From the NCBI RefSeq assembly GCF_000020025.1, contig NC_010631.1, positions 1-32,000 of the forward strand: a stretch of 32,000 nt of DNA, written 5' to 3'. The notes beneath the pieces were generated by a model. The model saw nothing but the letters and a program-made list of their open reading frames with translations. It did not search any database and was not told the DNA's origin. Below are positions 15,142-25,160 of this stretch, one piece after another; position 1 is the stretch's first letter; each line of letters begins with the position of its first letter. The translations under genes and the position numbers were made by a program. This DNA is from Nostoc punctiforme PCC 73102. Lineage in GTDB: Bacteria; Cyanobacteriota; Cyanobacteriia; Cyanobacteriales; Nostocaceae.

Positions 15142-18100
15142 ATGAAAAAAACCTGGCAGCCAGAAGAATTAGTAGAGTATTGGACGCTACTCCCTCTTGA
15201 ATTAGCACTACTGAATCAGAAAAACGACGAAAATCGGTTAGGTTTTGCTATATTGCTCAAGTTTTTTGAGATTTATGCCAGATTTCCTGAGAATAATCAA
15301 GAAATCTCCCAAAATGTTGTTGATTATGTTGCCAAACTTTTAGATATTTCCCCCCAAAAGTACTCTTACTACGATTGGCAAGGACGCTCCATAAAATATC
15401 ATCGCGCTCAAATTAGAGAATTCTTTGGATTTCAAGAAACCAAAGTTAGTGATGCTTTTGAGTTAACTAATTGGTTAGCAGAACAAGCACTAATTTATGA
15501 GTTAAAATTTGAACAGCTAAAACTTGCAGCAGTAGCGAGACTACGGAATTTAAAACTTGAACCACCGACAGATTCCAGATTAGAACGTATCATTCGCTCT
15601 GCTATCAGAAATTTTGAATCTAAATTTTTTCGGGACATAACTTCCCAACTATCTAACCAATATAAAAAGTGGATAAATGATTTTTTGAAAGAGAAAGCTT
15701 CCGATCAGGAATTAGATGATACCACACAAACAAATCATGATAAACAACTGAATAATCCAGGAGATATCCAATTATCTCAACAGTTAGATGACACGAATAA
15801 CTCAGAAATAAACACTGAAGTGACTAGATTAACATGGGCTGAATTAAAAACAGACCCAGGGAGAATTGGTGTAGAAAGTTTTCAAAAGGAAGTTGCTAAA
15901 TTAGAGATTTTTGAGCAATTAGAATTACCAACAGACTTATTTAAAAACATCTCTACCAAAGTTCTCCAAGTCTATAAAAGTCGGGTAATTGTTGAACATC
16001 CTCGTGACTTACGCCGTCACCCAGAACATATTCGCTACACACTATTTACAGCTTTTTGTTGGCTCAGAAGTCAAGAAGTTATAGATAATTTAGTAGAGTT
16101 ACTCATTCAGATTGTCCATCGCATAGGTGTGAATGCAGAAAAACGTGTAGATAAAGAGCTTATTCAGGATTTTAAACGGGTTCATGGGAAGAATAATCTA
16201 CTATACCAAATGGCAGAAGCTTCCTTGAAAACACCTGATGGCACAGTCAAGGATGTGATTTTTCCTGTAGTAAGTGAAGTGACTCTCAAGAATTTAGTGA
16301 AAGAGTATAAATCTACAGGGAATGCTTACCGTGAGAAAGTTTATACGGTGATGCGCTCTTCTTATGGTGGATATTATCGGCGAATTTTACCGTTAATTTT
16401 AAACAAGCTCGAATTTCGTTCAAATAATGAAGTTCATCGTCCAGTTATTCAAGCGATATCTTTACTAAAAAAGTATGCTGATAGTAAACAGCGTTATTAT
16501 GATGCTGGAGAAGATATACCCATTGAGGGGGTATTACGTAGTGGTTGGCAAGAAATTATATTAGAGACGGGAGCAGACGATGAAATCAAAGTTAATCGCA
16601 TTAATTATGAGTTGAGCGTGCTGCAAGCATTGAGAGAAAAGCTGAGATGCAAGGAAATATGGGTTGTAGGAGCTAATCGTTACAGAAACCCTGAAGAAGA
16701 TTTACCTGCTGATTTTGAGGCGCAAAGATTAGAATATTTCCAAGCTTTGAAACAACCATCCGATGTAGAAGTCTTTATTGCTAATTTACAGCAATCTTTG
16801 GAGCAATCATTAACTTTACTGGATAAAGGAATACCTAAAAATAGTTTAGTCACACTTAAAACGACAGGCAAAAGTCGAATTTGTGTTTCTCCTCTGAATC
16901 CTCAAAATGAACCGACTAATTTGACTAGGTTGAAAACTGAAATTACTAGGCGTTGGCGCATGACTAGCCTCTTAGATATTCTGAAAGAGACTGATTTGCG
17001 AGTTAAGTTTAGCCAACACTTTCAGAGTGTATCAACACGAGAGGTTTTAGGCGAATATACTTTACAAAAACGCTTGCTACTTTGTTTATATGGTTTAGGA
17101 ACGAATACTGGATTAAAGCGTTTAAGTGATGAGATTAAAGGCGACAATTATCAAGATTTACTCCATGTTAAGCGTCATTTTATTCAGAAAGAACAATTAC
17201 GTAATGCTATTGCCTGTATTGCAAATGCAATTTTTACTGCCAGAATTTCTACTATTTGGGGAGAGGGTACAACCGCCTGTGCTTCTGACTCGAAAAAGTT
17301 TGGTGCTTGGGATCAAAACTTAATGACTGAGTGGCACATCCGTTATGGTGGAAGAGGTGTGATGATTTATTGGCACGTTGAGAAGAATTCTGTTTGTATT
17401 TATTCACAGTTAAAAACTTGTTCTTCTTCTGAAGTGGCAGCCATGATTGAAGGATTATTACGCCACTGTACTGAGATGAAAGTGGAGACAAATTATGTGG
17501 ATAGTCACGGTCAAAATGAAGTGGCTTTTGCTTTCTGTCATTTACTGGGTTTTCAGTTAATGCCGCGTCTTAAACGTATCAATGTTCAGAAATTATACCG
17601 TCCTTCAACTGGAAATAATGATGCTTATCCAAACTTGCAACCTATTTTAACTCGCGCTATTAATTGGGATTTAATTCGCCAACAATACGACCAAATGGTG
17701 AAGTATGCTACTGCTTTGCGTTTGGGTATGGCAGAAACTGAAGCCATCTTAAAGCGTTTTACTAGGGGTAATTTATTACACCCTACTTATCAAGCCTTGG
17801 CGGAATTGGGCAAGGCTGTAAAAACTATATTTTTATGTAAATACCTGCATTCGGTTGAACTGCGACAAGAGATAAATGCTGGACTCAACGTGGTGGAGAA
17901 CTGGAATAGTGCTAACAGTTTTATTTTTTACGGCAAGGGTGGGGAGATTGCTACTAATCGTTTGTCTGACCAAGAATTAGCTGTGTTATCTCTGCATTTA
18001 CTCCAGATATCTTTGGTATATATAAATACGTTGATGATTCAGGAGGTTTTGTCCCAACCACAATGGATGAAGTTGATGAAGTTGGAGGATTTGCGGGCGC

Positions 18101-18186
18101 TTTCGCCTTTAATTTGGGGTCACGTTAATCCCTATGGTACTTTTCGTTTGGATCTTAATGTCAGGTTGCCAATTGAGACGGGGTAA
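15142..18186 (+). CDS. tnpA: Tn3-family DDE transposase, 1014 aa
   Basis: Size plus Tn3-type motifs [16 protein letters not shown] and [27 protein letters not shown]. Confidence 0.95.
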   Translation: MKKTWQPEELVEYWTLLPLELALLNQKNDENRLGFAILLKFFEIYARFPENNQEISQNVVDYVAKLLDISPQKYSYYDWQGRSIKYHRAQIREFFGFQETKVSDAFELTNWLAEQALIYELKFEQLKLAAVARLRNLKLEPPTDSRLERIIRSAIRNFESKFFRDITSQLSNQYKKWINDFLKEKASDQELDDTTQTNHDKQLNNPGDIQLSQQLDDTNNSEINTEVTRLTWAELKTDPGRIGVESFQKEVAKLEIFEQLELPTDLFKNISTKVLQVYKSRVIVEHPRDLRRHPEHIRYTLFTAFCWLRSQEVIDNLVELLIQIVHRIGVNAEKRVDKELIQDFKRVHGKNNLLYQMAEASLKTPDGTVKDVIFPVVSEVTLKNLVKEYKSTGNAYREKVYTVMRSSYGGYYRRILPLILNKLEFRSNNEVHRPVIQAISLLKKYADSKQRYYDAGEDIPIEGVLRSGWQEIILETGADDEIKVNRINYELSVLQALREKLRCKEIWVVGANRYRNPEEDLPADFEAQRLEYFQALKQPSDVEVFIANLQQSLEQSLTLLDKGIPKNSLVTLKTTGKSRICVSPLNPQNEPTNLTRLKTEITRRWRMTSLLDILKETDLRVKFSQHFQSVSTREVLGEYTLQKRLLLCLYGLGTNTGLKRLSDEIKGDNYQDLLHVKRHFIQKEQLRNAIACIANAIFTARISTIWGEGTTACASDSKKFGAWDQNLMTEWHIRYGGRGVMIYWHVEKNSVCIYSQLKTCSSSEVAAMIEGLLRHCTEMKVETNYVDSHGQNEVAFAFCHLLGFQLMPRLKRINVQKLYRPSTGNNDAYPNLQPILTRAINWDLIRQQYDQMVKYATALRLGMAETEAILKRFTRGNLLHPTYQALAELGKAVKTIFLCKYLHSVELRQEINAGLNVVENWNSANSFIFYGKGGEIATNRLSDQELAVLSLHLLQISLVYINTLMIQEVLSQPQWMKLMKLEDLRALSPLIWGHVNPYGTFRLDLNVRLPIETG

Positions 18187-18253
18187 ATGTGTCTAAAAAT
18201 ACGCTTTGTTCGTATGTCTCTTAATCTTATAGTCTGAAAGTCATCCACCGCAG

Positions 18254-18302
18254 TACTTTCAGCCTATCTTGCCCCTGGTGACAGCTTCGCTATATTTACC
18301 CC
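18254..18302. repeat. Right terminal inverted repeat of the Tn3-family transposon
   Basis: Exact reverse complement of 13480-13528. Confidence 0.9.
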
Positions 18303-19145
18303 AATTTGAGCGAGATTAAAATGCCGATCGTTCTCCAAACCAAAGCTTAAAGTCAACACTTGACGCTGAATCGGTGTCAATGGTTCTAATAATTTAACTA
18401 CGTCTTGCGATAGAAGTTCTTGGGTGAGTAGTTTCTCTGGTAAAACACCAACGTCTGTTAAAATTTCGCCCAATTCTGTTTCTTGCTCATCTCCCACTTT
18501 TTTATTTAAGGAAATGGCTGTACGAGAGGCACTGAGATATTCTCGAAGCTTATCGGGGCTGATATTTAAAGATGCAGCTATTTCTTCAGCAGTGGCATGG
18601 TGACCGAGTTTTAGAAAGCTTTCTCGCTGTACTTTCTTAATTTTATTAAGAATTTCGGTTAGATGCACAGGCAATCTAATAGTGCGGGATTGTTCTGCAA
18701 TTGCTCTGGTTATTGCTTGACTAATCCACCAGTAGGCGTAAGTTGATAGCTTATAGCCCCGGTTGGGATCAAACTTTTCTATACCCCTTTGCAAACCGAT
18801 TGCTCCTTCTTGGATCAAATCTAAAAATTCCAAATTGCGGTTCTGATACTTCTTGGCAACAGAAACTACCAGCCGCAGGTTAGCTGTCACCATTTTTTGT
18901 TTAGCTTTTTGACCAAGGTGTAGCGCTGCTCGGACTTGTGTCTCAGTTTGAGCGACAGCATTGGCTAATTCTGTCATTGTTGGTTCCCGGTCTAGCTGTT
19001 GGATGAGTTCATTTTTGGATTGCTCAATCGCAATCATTTGTTGTACCTGTCTACCATAAGCAATTTCTTCCTCTGGCTTTAATAAAGGATACTGACCAAT
19101 TTCTTGTAAATAGATGCGAACCATGTCTGAACTGAGGCTGGACAT
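18264..19145 (-). pseudogene. Sigma-70 family (group 2-like) sigma factor truncated by the transposon insertion. Native part is 18303-19145 (281 aa); the last 12 codons and stop come from the transposon inverted repeat.
   Basis: Region 1.2 (YLQEIGQYPLLKPEEE) and region 2 ([61 protein letters not shown]) are intact. The tail VNIAKLSPGAR is a translation of the inverted repeat. Confidence 0.85.
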
Positions 19146-19235
19146 ACAAACTTTTCGACTTTTTTAAACCAGGGAATTTAAAAGTATAAATCAGATAGTT
19201 CATTGAAGTTTTCTATTTTTAATAGTCAAAACATA

Positions 19236-21482
19236 TTACCAATCTAGTCCAGCATGAAGTAACCTCTGCTGTAACCGTGTGTAGCGCTGTTGGTCATCGG
19301 TAGAACGCACCGCTAAAGATATCGCTTTTTTTGCGCCAACCACGATCGCTAATTTCTTGGCACGGGTCAGCCCGGTGTAAAACAGGTTCCGGGTCAACAT
19401 CATATAGTGCTGCATGTAGATTGGCACAATCACCACTAGATATTCTGACCCCTGGCTTTTATGAATAGTCACGCACCATGCTAGGGCAATTTCATTCAGG
19501 TCAGCGTAATCATAAATGACAGTCCGCTCACCATATTGCACTGTAACTTCTTGCTCAATAGTATCAATGGTGAGGATTATTCCTAAATCGCCATTGAAGA
19601 CTTCGCGGTTGTAGTCGTTGGTTAGTTGGATGATGCGATCGCCCTCTCGCAACAAATTTCCACCTCTGTTAATCTCCACTTTGTTGGGGCTGGGCGGATT
19701 AATCAACTGCTGCAATACGGTATTTAGGTTGCGAGTCCCAACTACACCCCGCGTCATTGGGCAAAGTACCTGAACATCAGTAGCCGGATTAAAACCTAAG
19801 CGGGGAATTAAATCTGTGATTAATTCACAGATTGCTTGTACTCCATGTTCCGGCTGATGTCCGCCGCCGTGCCAAATACAATCAGACACGGGATTATCAG
19901 AAATTGGCTCGATTGTGGGATACTGCCCTCTATTAATTTGGTGAGCAGCAGTGATAATTGCACTGGTTTGGGCTTGGCGAAATATCTGAGTTAACCGCAC
20001 CACAGGAACTCGCCCCGAATTAATCAGGTCAGCGAGTATTTGACCTGGCCCTACTGACGGCAACTGGTCAATGTCACCTACCAATAACAGTAGAGCGCCA
20101 GCCAATACTGCTTTAACTAAAGAGTAAGCTAGAAACAAGTCAAGCATCGATGCTTCGTCAGCAATAATTGCCGTGTGGGGTAAAGGATTTTCGTTATCGC
20201 GCTTGAAACCCATTGAGCGGGGATCAAATTCTAACAAGCGATGAATAGTTTTAGCTTCCAGCCCCGTCATTTCACCCAAGCGTTGAGCAGCCCGTCCCGT
20301 AGGTGCAGCCAGGGCAATAGATTTACCCATTGCTTTCCAAAGTGAGACAATAGTATGGGTAGTGAAAGTTTTTCCAACGCCAGGGCCACCAGTGAGGATT
20401 GTGATTTTGGAATAAGCTGCTGTTTCTACTGCCAAGCGTTGCTGTTCTGAAAGCTGAATTTGACGGCTAGTGGTGAAGCGCTCAATCCAGGCGCGGACGC
20501 GGGGAATGTCAGTATCAACAGGCTTTTCTAAACGTTGGCGGATCAGTTGAGCTAAATTCTGTTCCGTATGAAAATAAGTCGGCTTGTAGCAAAGTAGTGT
20601 TTTTTCTTCATCCCGCTCTCTAATCAGCTCGTCTGCGAGAGCCATATCTTTAATAACTATCGCTACCGCTTCTTCTGTGGGCTGGTGAGATTCGGTAGTC
20701 AGTAGTTTGATTACCGACTCAATCAATTCGCTTTGTGGCAAGTAACAGTGGCCATCTTCGGCAGCAACACTAAGGCAATGGATAATCCCCGCACGGTAAC
20801 GAAATTCTGAGTCAGGGGCAATTCCGATATTTCTTGCAATCTTGTCAGCAGTCAGAAAGCCAATACCGTAGATGTCGGCTGCTAACTGGTAGGGATTTTT
20901 GGTAACAGTGGCGATCGCTTCATCTTTATATTGCTTGTAAATCTTTACAGCATAAGTGGTAGAAACGCCATGCCCCTGGAGAAACACCATAACTTCTTTG
21001 ATCGCTTTTTGAGTTTCCCAGGCGTTTTTAATGAGAGTGATCCGCTTTTTGGCAATACCCTGGACTTCAATCAGTCGTTCAATCTGATTTTCGATGATGT
21101 CGAGCGTTTCTAAACCGAAGTGAGCGACGATACGCTTGGCTGTTACTGGGCCAACACTTTTAATCAGCCCACTACCCAAATATTTTTCAATTCCAGTGAG
21201 AGTAGCTGGTTTGGTTTCTTTGTAGTTGACTACTTGGAATTGGGGGCCAAATTGTGGATGGTCACGCCAGAAACCAGTTAGTTGTAAGGTCTGCCCTGGC
21301 TGAATGTTAGCAAAGCTGCCAACGATTGTTGTGAGTTCGTTGCTACGCGGACGAGTCAGCCTTGCCACAGTGTAGCCTGACTCAGCAGAGTAAAAAGTTA
21401 AACGTTCTACGACTCCGATGATTGTTTCGTGTTGAGGTAAGGCACTTATTTGTTGAGCGGAAAGATTAGGAGGAGTGAACAT
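19236..21482 (-). CDS. recD2: RecD/TraA-family SF1B DNA helicase (RecD2-like), 748 aa
   Basis: Walker A GGPGVGKT, motif II IIADEASMLD and motif III LLLVGDIDQLPSVGPG. HhH-like GIGFLTADKIA. Two HIP1 sites. Confidence 0.9.
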   Translation of the reverse strand: MFTPPNLSAQQISALPQHETIIGVVERLTFYSAESGYTVARLTRPRSNELTTIVGSFANIQPGQTLQLTGFWRDHPQFGPQFQVVNYKETKPATLTGIEKYLGSGLIKSVGPVTAKRIVAHFGLETLDIIENQIERLIEVQGIAKKRITLIKNAWETQKAIKEVMVFLQGHGVSTTYAVKIYKQYKDEAIATVTKNPYQLAADIYGIGFLTADKIARNIGIAPDSEFRYRAGIIHCLSVAAEDGHCYLPQSELIESVIKLLTTESHQPTEEAVAIVIKDMALADELIRERDEEKTLLCYKPTYFHTEQNLAQLIRQRLEKPVDTDIPRVRAWIERFTTSRQIQLSEQQRLAVETAAYSKITILTGGPGVGKTFTTHTIVSLWKAMGKSIALAAPTGRAAQRLGEMTGLEAKTIHRLLEFDPRSMGFKRDNENPLPHTAIIADEASMLDLFLAYSLVKAVLAGALLLLVGDIDQLPSVGPGQILADLINSGRVPVVRLTQIFRQAQTSAIITAAHQINRGQYPTIEPISDNPVSDCIWHGGGHQPEHGVQAICELITDLIPRLGFNPATDVQVLCPMTRGVVGTRNLNTVLQQLINPPSPNKVEINRGGNLLREGDRIIQLTNDYNREVFNGDLGIILTIDTIEQEVTVQYGERTVIYDYADLNEIALAWCVTIHKSQGSEYLVVIVPIYMQHYMMLTRNLFYTGLTRAKKLAIVVGAKKAISLAVRSTDDQQRYTRLQQRLLHAGLDW

Positions 21483-21571
21483 TGCCTGTTAGAAGAGGCC
21501 GCACATTATTATAATACTGGAAGTCAGTTAATTATAGTACATAAATACTAAGTTGCCTGCCTGAAATTAGT

Positions 21572-21744
21572 GGAACGAAGAAGCACAAAATACATCAGAT
21601 CCTATCTTCAGAAACGAAGAGAGATTGACACCGCACGTTACCTCAATCTTGATTTTGATGAAATCATCTAATTTCGTGGTAGAACTACGGTGGCTAGTTG
21701 GACAGCAACGCAGAGTAGACCGGCCTAATTTATTTGAAACGAAG
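21572..21744. repeat. Three dispersed copies of G(G/A)AACGAAG (21572-21580, 21611-21619, 21736-21744) upstream of parA. Candidate iterons or partition/operator sites.
   Basis: Read directly. There is also a direct repeat of AGTGAGCC 5 bp apart at the parA start. Confidence 0.35.
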
Positions 21745-21890
21745 TGATGATAAGCTTTTGAGCTAATTCAACTATATTAGCTTATGAAAGTCCAAATTTA
21801 GATAGTCAAATATTATCTGTGCTTACTCCGTTGTCGTTATAATCTAGTTTTCAAGAAAAAGTTAGTCGAAATTAGAAGTGAGCCAATTTA

Positions 21891-22667
21891 GTGAGCCTTA
21901 TCATTTGTTTATTTAATCAAGCTGGTGGAGTTGGGAAATCCACTCTAGCGATTAATCTTGGTTATCACTTAGCACAATTAAAGCCTGCTAAAACCAAGCA
22001 TCACTACCGAGTTCTTTTAATTGATATAGATCCTCAAGCTTCACTTACTAACTTTATGGGAATTGTGCCTGAATCCCAAGAAAAAACCATTTATAATGCA
22101 GTGATTGATCAGGAAGCACTACCAATTCTTAAAGAAATTCATGGGATGGATTTTGTTCCGTCATCTCAGGATCTGACTTCAGCTGAATTAGAGTTAGTAG
22201 TAGCAGATATGCGTGATTTACGTCTTAAATATGCTTTGGAACCTGTAAGCGAACAGTATGATTTTATTTTGATTGACTGCCCCCCTAGTTTAGGCATTCT
22301 TACTTATATCAGTTTAGTGGCATCAACTCACGTTTTAGTGCCGATCCAGACGCAATACAAGGCATTCTTGGGGACAGAATTACTCTTAAATACAGTAACA
22401 CGCGTTAAGTCTCTTCCAAATCGAAAGCTAAAAATTGCTGGGTTTATCCCAACGATGTTTGATTCACGTAATAGCCAAGATGAACGAACACTATTAGCTA
22501 TTCAAGAACAATTGTCACAGGTTGGGATAGTCTATGACCCAATTCCTCGATCTACTGCTTTTGCTGATGCTGCTGAAGAAAATGTTCCTTTGGCAATCTT
22601 TAATCCTAAGCATCCAGCTTTATCAATCCTAAAAAAAATTGTTAAAGGGCTCGAGAAATTATTATGA
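21891..22667 (+). CDS. parA: ParA-family partition ATPase
   Basis: GTG start. Deviant Walker A NQAGGVGKST. Typical size of 258 aa. ATGA overlap with parB. Confidence 0.9.
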   Translation: MSLIICLFNQAGGVGKSTLAINLGYHLAQLKPAKTKHHYRVLLIDIDPQASLTNFMGIVPESQEKTIYNAVIDQEALPILKEIHGMDFVPSSQDLTSAELELVVADMRDLRLKYALEPVSEQYDFILIDCPPSLGILTYISLVASTHVLVPIQTQYKAFLGTELLLNTVTRVKSLPNRKLKIAGFIPTMFDSRNSQDERTLLAIQEQLSQVGIVYDPIPRSTAFADAAEENVPLAIFNPKHPALSILKKIVKGLEKLL

Positions 22668-23587
22668 GTATAAAGCGTGACAAGCCTTATGGTCGCCGTC
22701 TTAAGGGATTAGAAGCTTTGATTGGGGAGTCTGTTGACACTGTTCCCTGTGGACAGTTTGTCACTATCGAAAAAATCCAACTCTCTGTTCAGCAGCCTCG
22801 CCGTTATTTTGATCCAAAAAAGCTAGAGCAGTTAGTACAGTCGGTTAAAGAACATGGCATCTTAGAACCATTGTTAGTCCGTTATTTATCTAACGATAAA
22901 TATGAGTTGGTAGCTGGAGAGAGGCGTTACAGAGCAGCTAGTTTAGCAGGATTAACTGAAGTACCTGTAATTGCACGTTCCTTGAATGATCAGGAAGCCC
23001 TGCAACTGTCATTAGTAGAAAATTTACAGCGAGACGATCTCAATCCTATTGAAGAAACAGAAGGTATTTTAGAACTTATAGCACTTCAACTAGATAAGAG
23101 AGTGCCAGAAGTTATATCTTTACTTTATAAAATGCAAAATATTTTGGCGGGAAAAGTTACTGATAACGTTATCAGTAATTCTGATGCAGAGGATGTAAAA
23201 ATGATTTTTACAGGCTTGGGGCTTATGGAATGGGAGTCGTTCACTGCTAACAGACTTCCTCTCTTGCGGTTGCCTGATGAAATTTTAGAAGTTCTACGCC
23301 AAGGAAAAATTGAATACACAAAAGCTAAAGTAATCGCTAAGTTGAAAGAAAAGACAGAACGTATTGCTTTATTGGAAGAGGCGATATTACAAAATTTATC
23401 ACTAAATGAAATTCGAGAACGCTTGAAAACCCGTAAGTCGTCAACAGAAGAGAAGGAATTAGAGAAGCAAATAGATTCTACCTATAAGAAAATGAAAAAA
23501 TCAAAGCTATGGGATAATCCCAAAAAGCGCAAGAAGCTTGAATTATTGTTTGCTCAAATAGAAATTTTAATTAACGAGGATGATTAA
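22664..23587 (+). CDS. parB: ParB/Spo0J-family partition protein
   Basis: ParB N-terminal domain motifs ILEPLLVR and YELVAGERRYRAA. Confidence 0.9.
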   Translation: MSIKRDKPYGRRLKGLEALIGESVDTVPCGQFVTIEKIQLSVQQPRRYFDPKKLEQLVQSVKEHGILEPLLVRYLSNDKYELVAGERRYRAASLAGLTEVPVIARSLNDQEALQLSLVENLQRDDLNPIEETEGILELIALQLDKRVPEVISLLYKMQNILAGKVTDNVISNSDAEDVKMIFTGLGLMEWESFTANRLPLLRLPDEILEVLRQGKIEYTKAKVIAKLKEKTERIALLEEAILQNLSLNEIRERLKTRKSSTEEKELEKQIDSTYKKMKKSKLWDNPKKRKKLELLFAQIEILINEDD

Positions 23588-23723
23588 AACTGGACTAGAA
23601 GTTACTGCACCTTATTCTGTCTAAGACTCAGATGTCCCCAATGTGAGCAAACGGCGATTAGACTGAATACGCCAGAAGTACTTTCAACAACAGCGATTCC
23701 TTCTCCTTGGCCATAAACAGTTT

Positions 23724-24781
23724 TTAACTAGCCAAATAATCTTTAATCTGATCTTGTTCACGTTGTAAAGCTTTGATACCCTGCCCATAGGCAGAGCGTA
23801 CCTTGGAATGACTGAGATTGAATCTTTGTGCAATCTGTTTTGCAGTCAGCTTGTCCTCGCCCTCCAGACCAAACTGTAAAATTAAAACAAAACGTTGATT
23901 TGGCTTCAAGGTAGCTAATAAATCCTGTAAATCTGACTGGAGACATTCTAGGGCAACGTACTCTTGTACGGAGATTCTTTCGTCAGCTAATATCTCTTGT
24001 AGTTAAGTTTCTTGCTCCTCCCCAATTCCTAACTTTAAAGAAAGTAGCGGACGAAATGCGTTGAGACATTTGGAGATTTGCTTAGAACATACGTCAATAA
24101 CCGTACTTATTTCTGTAATAATGGGCTTTATACCAATTTTGTATGAAGTTGCATAGAATAAGAAAGCTAAAACCTTTACTTCACAAGCCTTGCAGCCTTT
24201 AATGGATTTATGCAGCTTCACAATAATTTGGTATTAGTTCCAAGGTTTGAAAAAGTTCGATATCTGCTTTTTTGATTTGCATCAATCTTTTGGTCAAGTC
24301 ATGCGGTAAGCGAATAGTGTGCAATTGTTTTGCAACGGCTCTGGTAATTCCCTGTCGAATCCACGCCTTTTGCATAGGTAGAAAATTTATAACCGCAATT
24401 CGGATCAAACTTCTCTACCGCATGAAAGTAAACCAATAGCTCCCTCTTGAATCAGATCCAGAAATTCCGGCTTACTCCAATGATACTTTTTAGCTATAGC
24501 AACCACTAACCGGAGATTGGCAGTAATCTTTTTTTGTTTAGCTAGTTGACCTTGTTCAAGGATTTGGATTAATTATGTTTCTGTTTTCTTCGCCTCGGCA
24601 GCAAGTTCAGCCATAGTTGGAGAAGGCTTTAGCCGTTGCATGAGAAGATTATTTTGCTCATCTTGTGCCAGCATAGCTTTACTTGTCGTGCATAGAAAAT
24701 TTCTTGTTCCGGCAATAGCCTCTCGAAGCGACCAATTTTTCGTAGGTAAATTCCAAGTGGATCAGAGCTTTGGCTAGACAT
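23724..24781 (-). pseudogene. Decayed sigma-70 paralogue with multiple frameshifts and an in-frame stop
   Basis: Minus-strand fragments in different frames: MSSQSSDPLGIYLRKIGRFERLLPEQEIFYARQV; [33 protein letters not shown]; [15 protein letters not shown]; AWIRQGITRAVAKQLHTIRLPHDL; and region 4 QRFVLILQFGLEGEDKLTAKQIAQRFNLSHSKV. They are collinear with the sigma gene at 18303-19145. Confidence 0.8.
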
Positions 24782-24896
24782 CTTGCAAGGAAATAAATTG
24801 CTAACAAAGACATAGATAGTAGAGTATAAATCAAAGAGTCAACCATCTAAATTAATTTCTGCTGCGTTGATAAAAAAGATTTCAAAAATTCTTATT

Positions 24897-25043
24897 GGGG
24901 GCTACATGGGGGCTATATATACCCCAACAATAGTTCAGGATTTTTGGGATATTTTGACCCCTATATAGGGTGTATATAGGTGCTAAGTAGGGTATATTTG
25001 ACTAATTAATATTTTATACCCCATTTAGCCCCCAAGGGGTTAT
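24897..25043. promoter_or_regulatory. parC-like centromere candidate. At least 7 copies, in both orientations, of a GGGG(C)TATATA-type motif upstream of the ParM-like gene.
   Basis: GGGGGCTACAT (24897-24907), GGGGGCTATATATACCCC (24908-24925), CCCCTATATAGGG (24958-24970), GGGTGTATATAGG (24968-24980), GGGTATATTT (24990-24999), TTTATACCCC (25013-25022) and TAGCCCCC/AAGGGGTTAT (25026-25043). Confidence 0.5.
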
Positions 25044-25160
25044 GATAAGCTCTTGAGTTGGGAAAATAAGGGTGAAGTTATTTTATTCTCCTTTCTCTTG
25101 CTCTTGCAGATCGCTTGAACAGATAATTTTCAAAAATCAAAGTGTATTACTTTTGTATTT

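Larger units (their letters stand above)
13480..18302 (+). mobile_element. Tn3-family transposon, 4823 bp, with a tyrosine-recombinase resolution module
   Basis: 49-bp perfect terminal inverted repeats starting GGGGTAAATATAGCGAAGCTGTCACCAGGGGCAAGATAG. 5-bp direct repeat AATTT at 13475-13479 and 18303-18307. Encodes a 1014-aa Tn3-type transposase. Confidence 0.9.

Noticed and set aside
23758-24408. ORFs 23758-23946, 24003-24221 and 24208-24408 (-) as separate genes
   Set aside because: They are frame fragments or out-of-frame readings of a single decayed sigma-70 gene, not independent genes.
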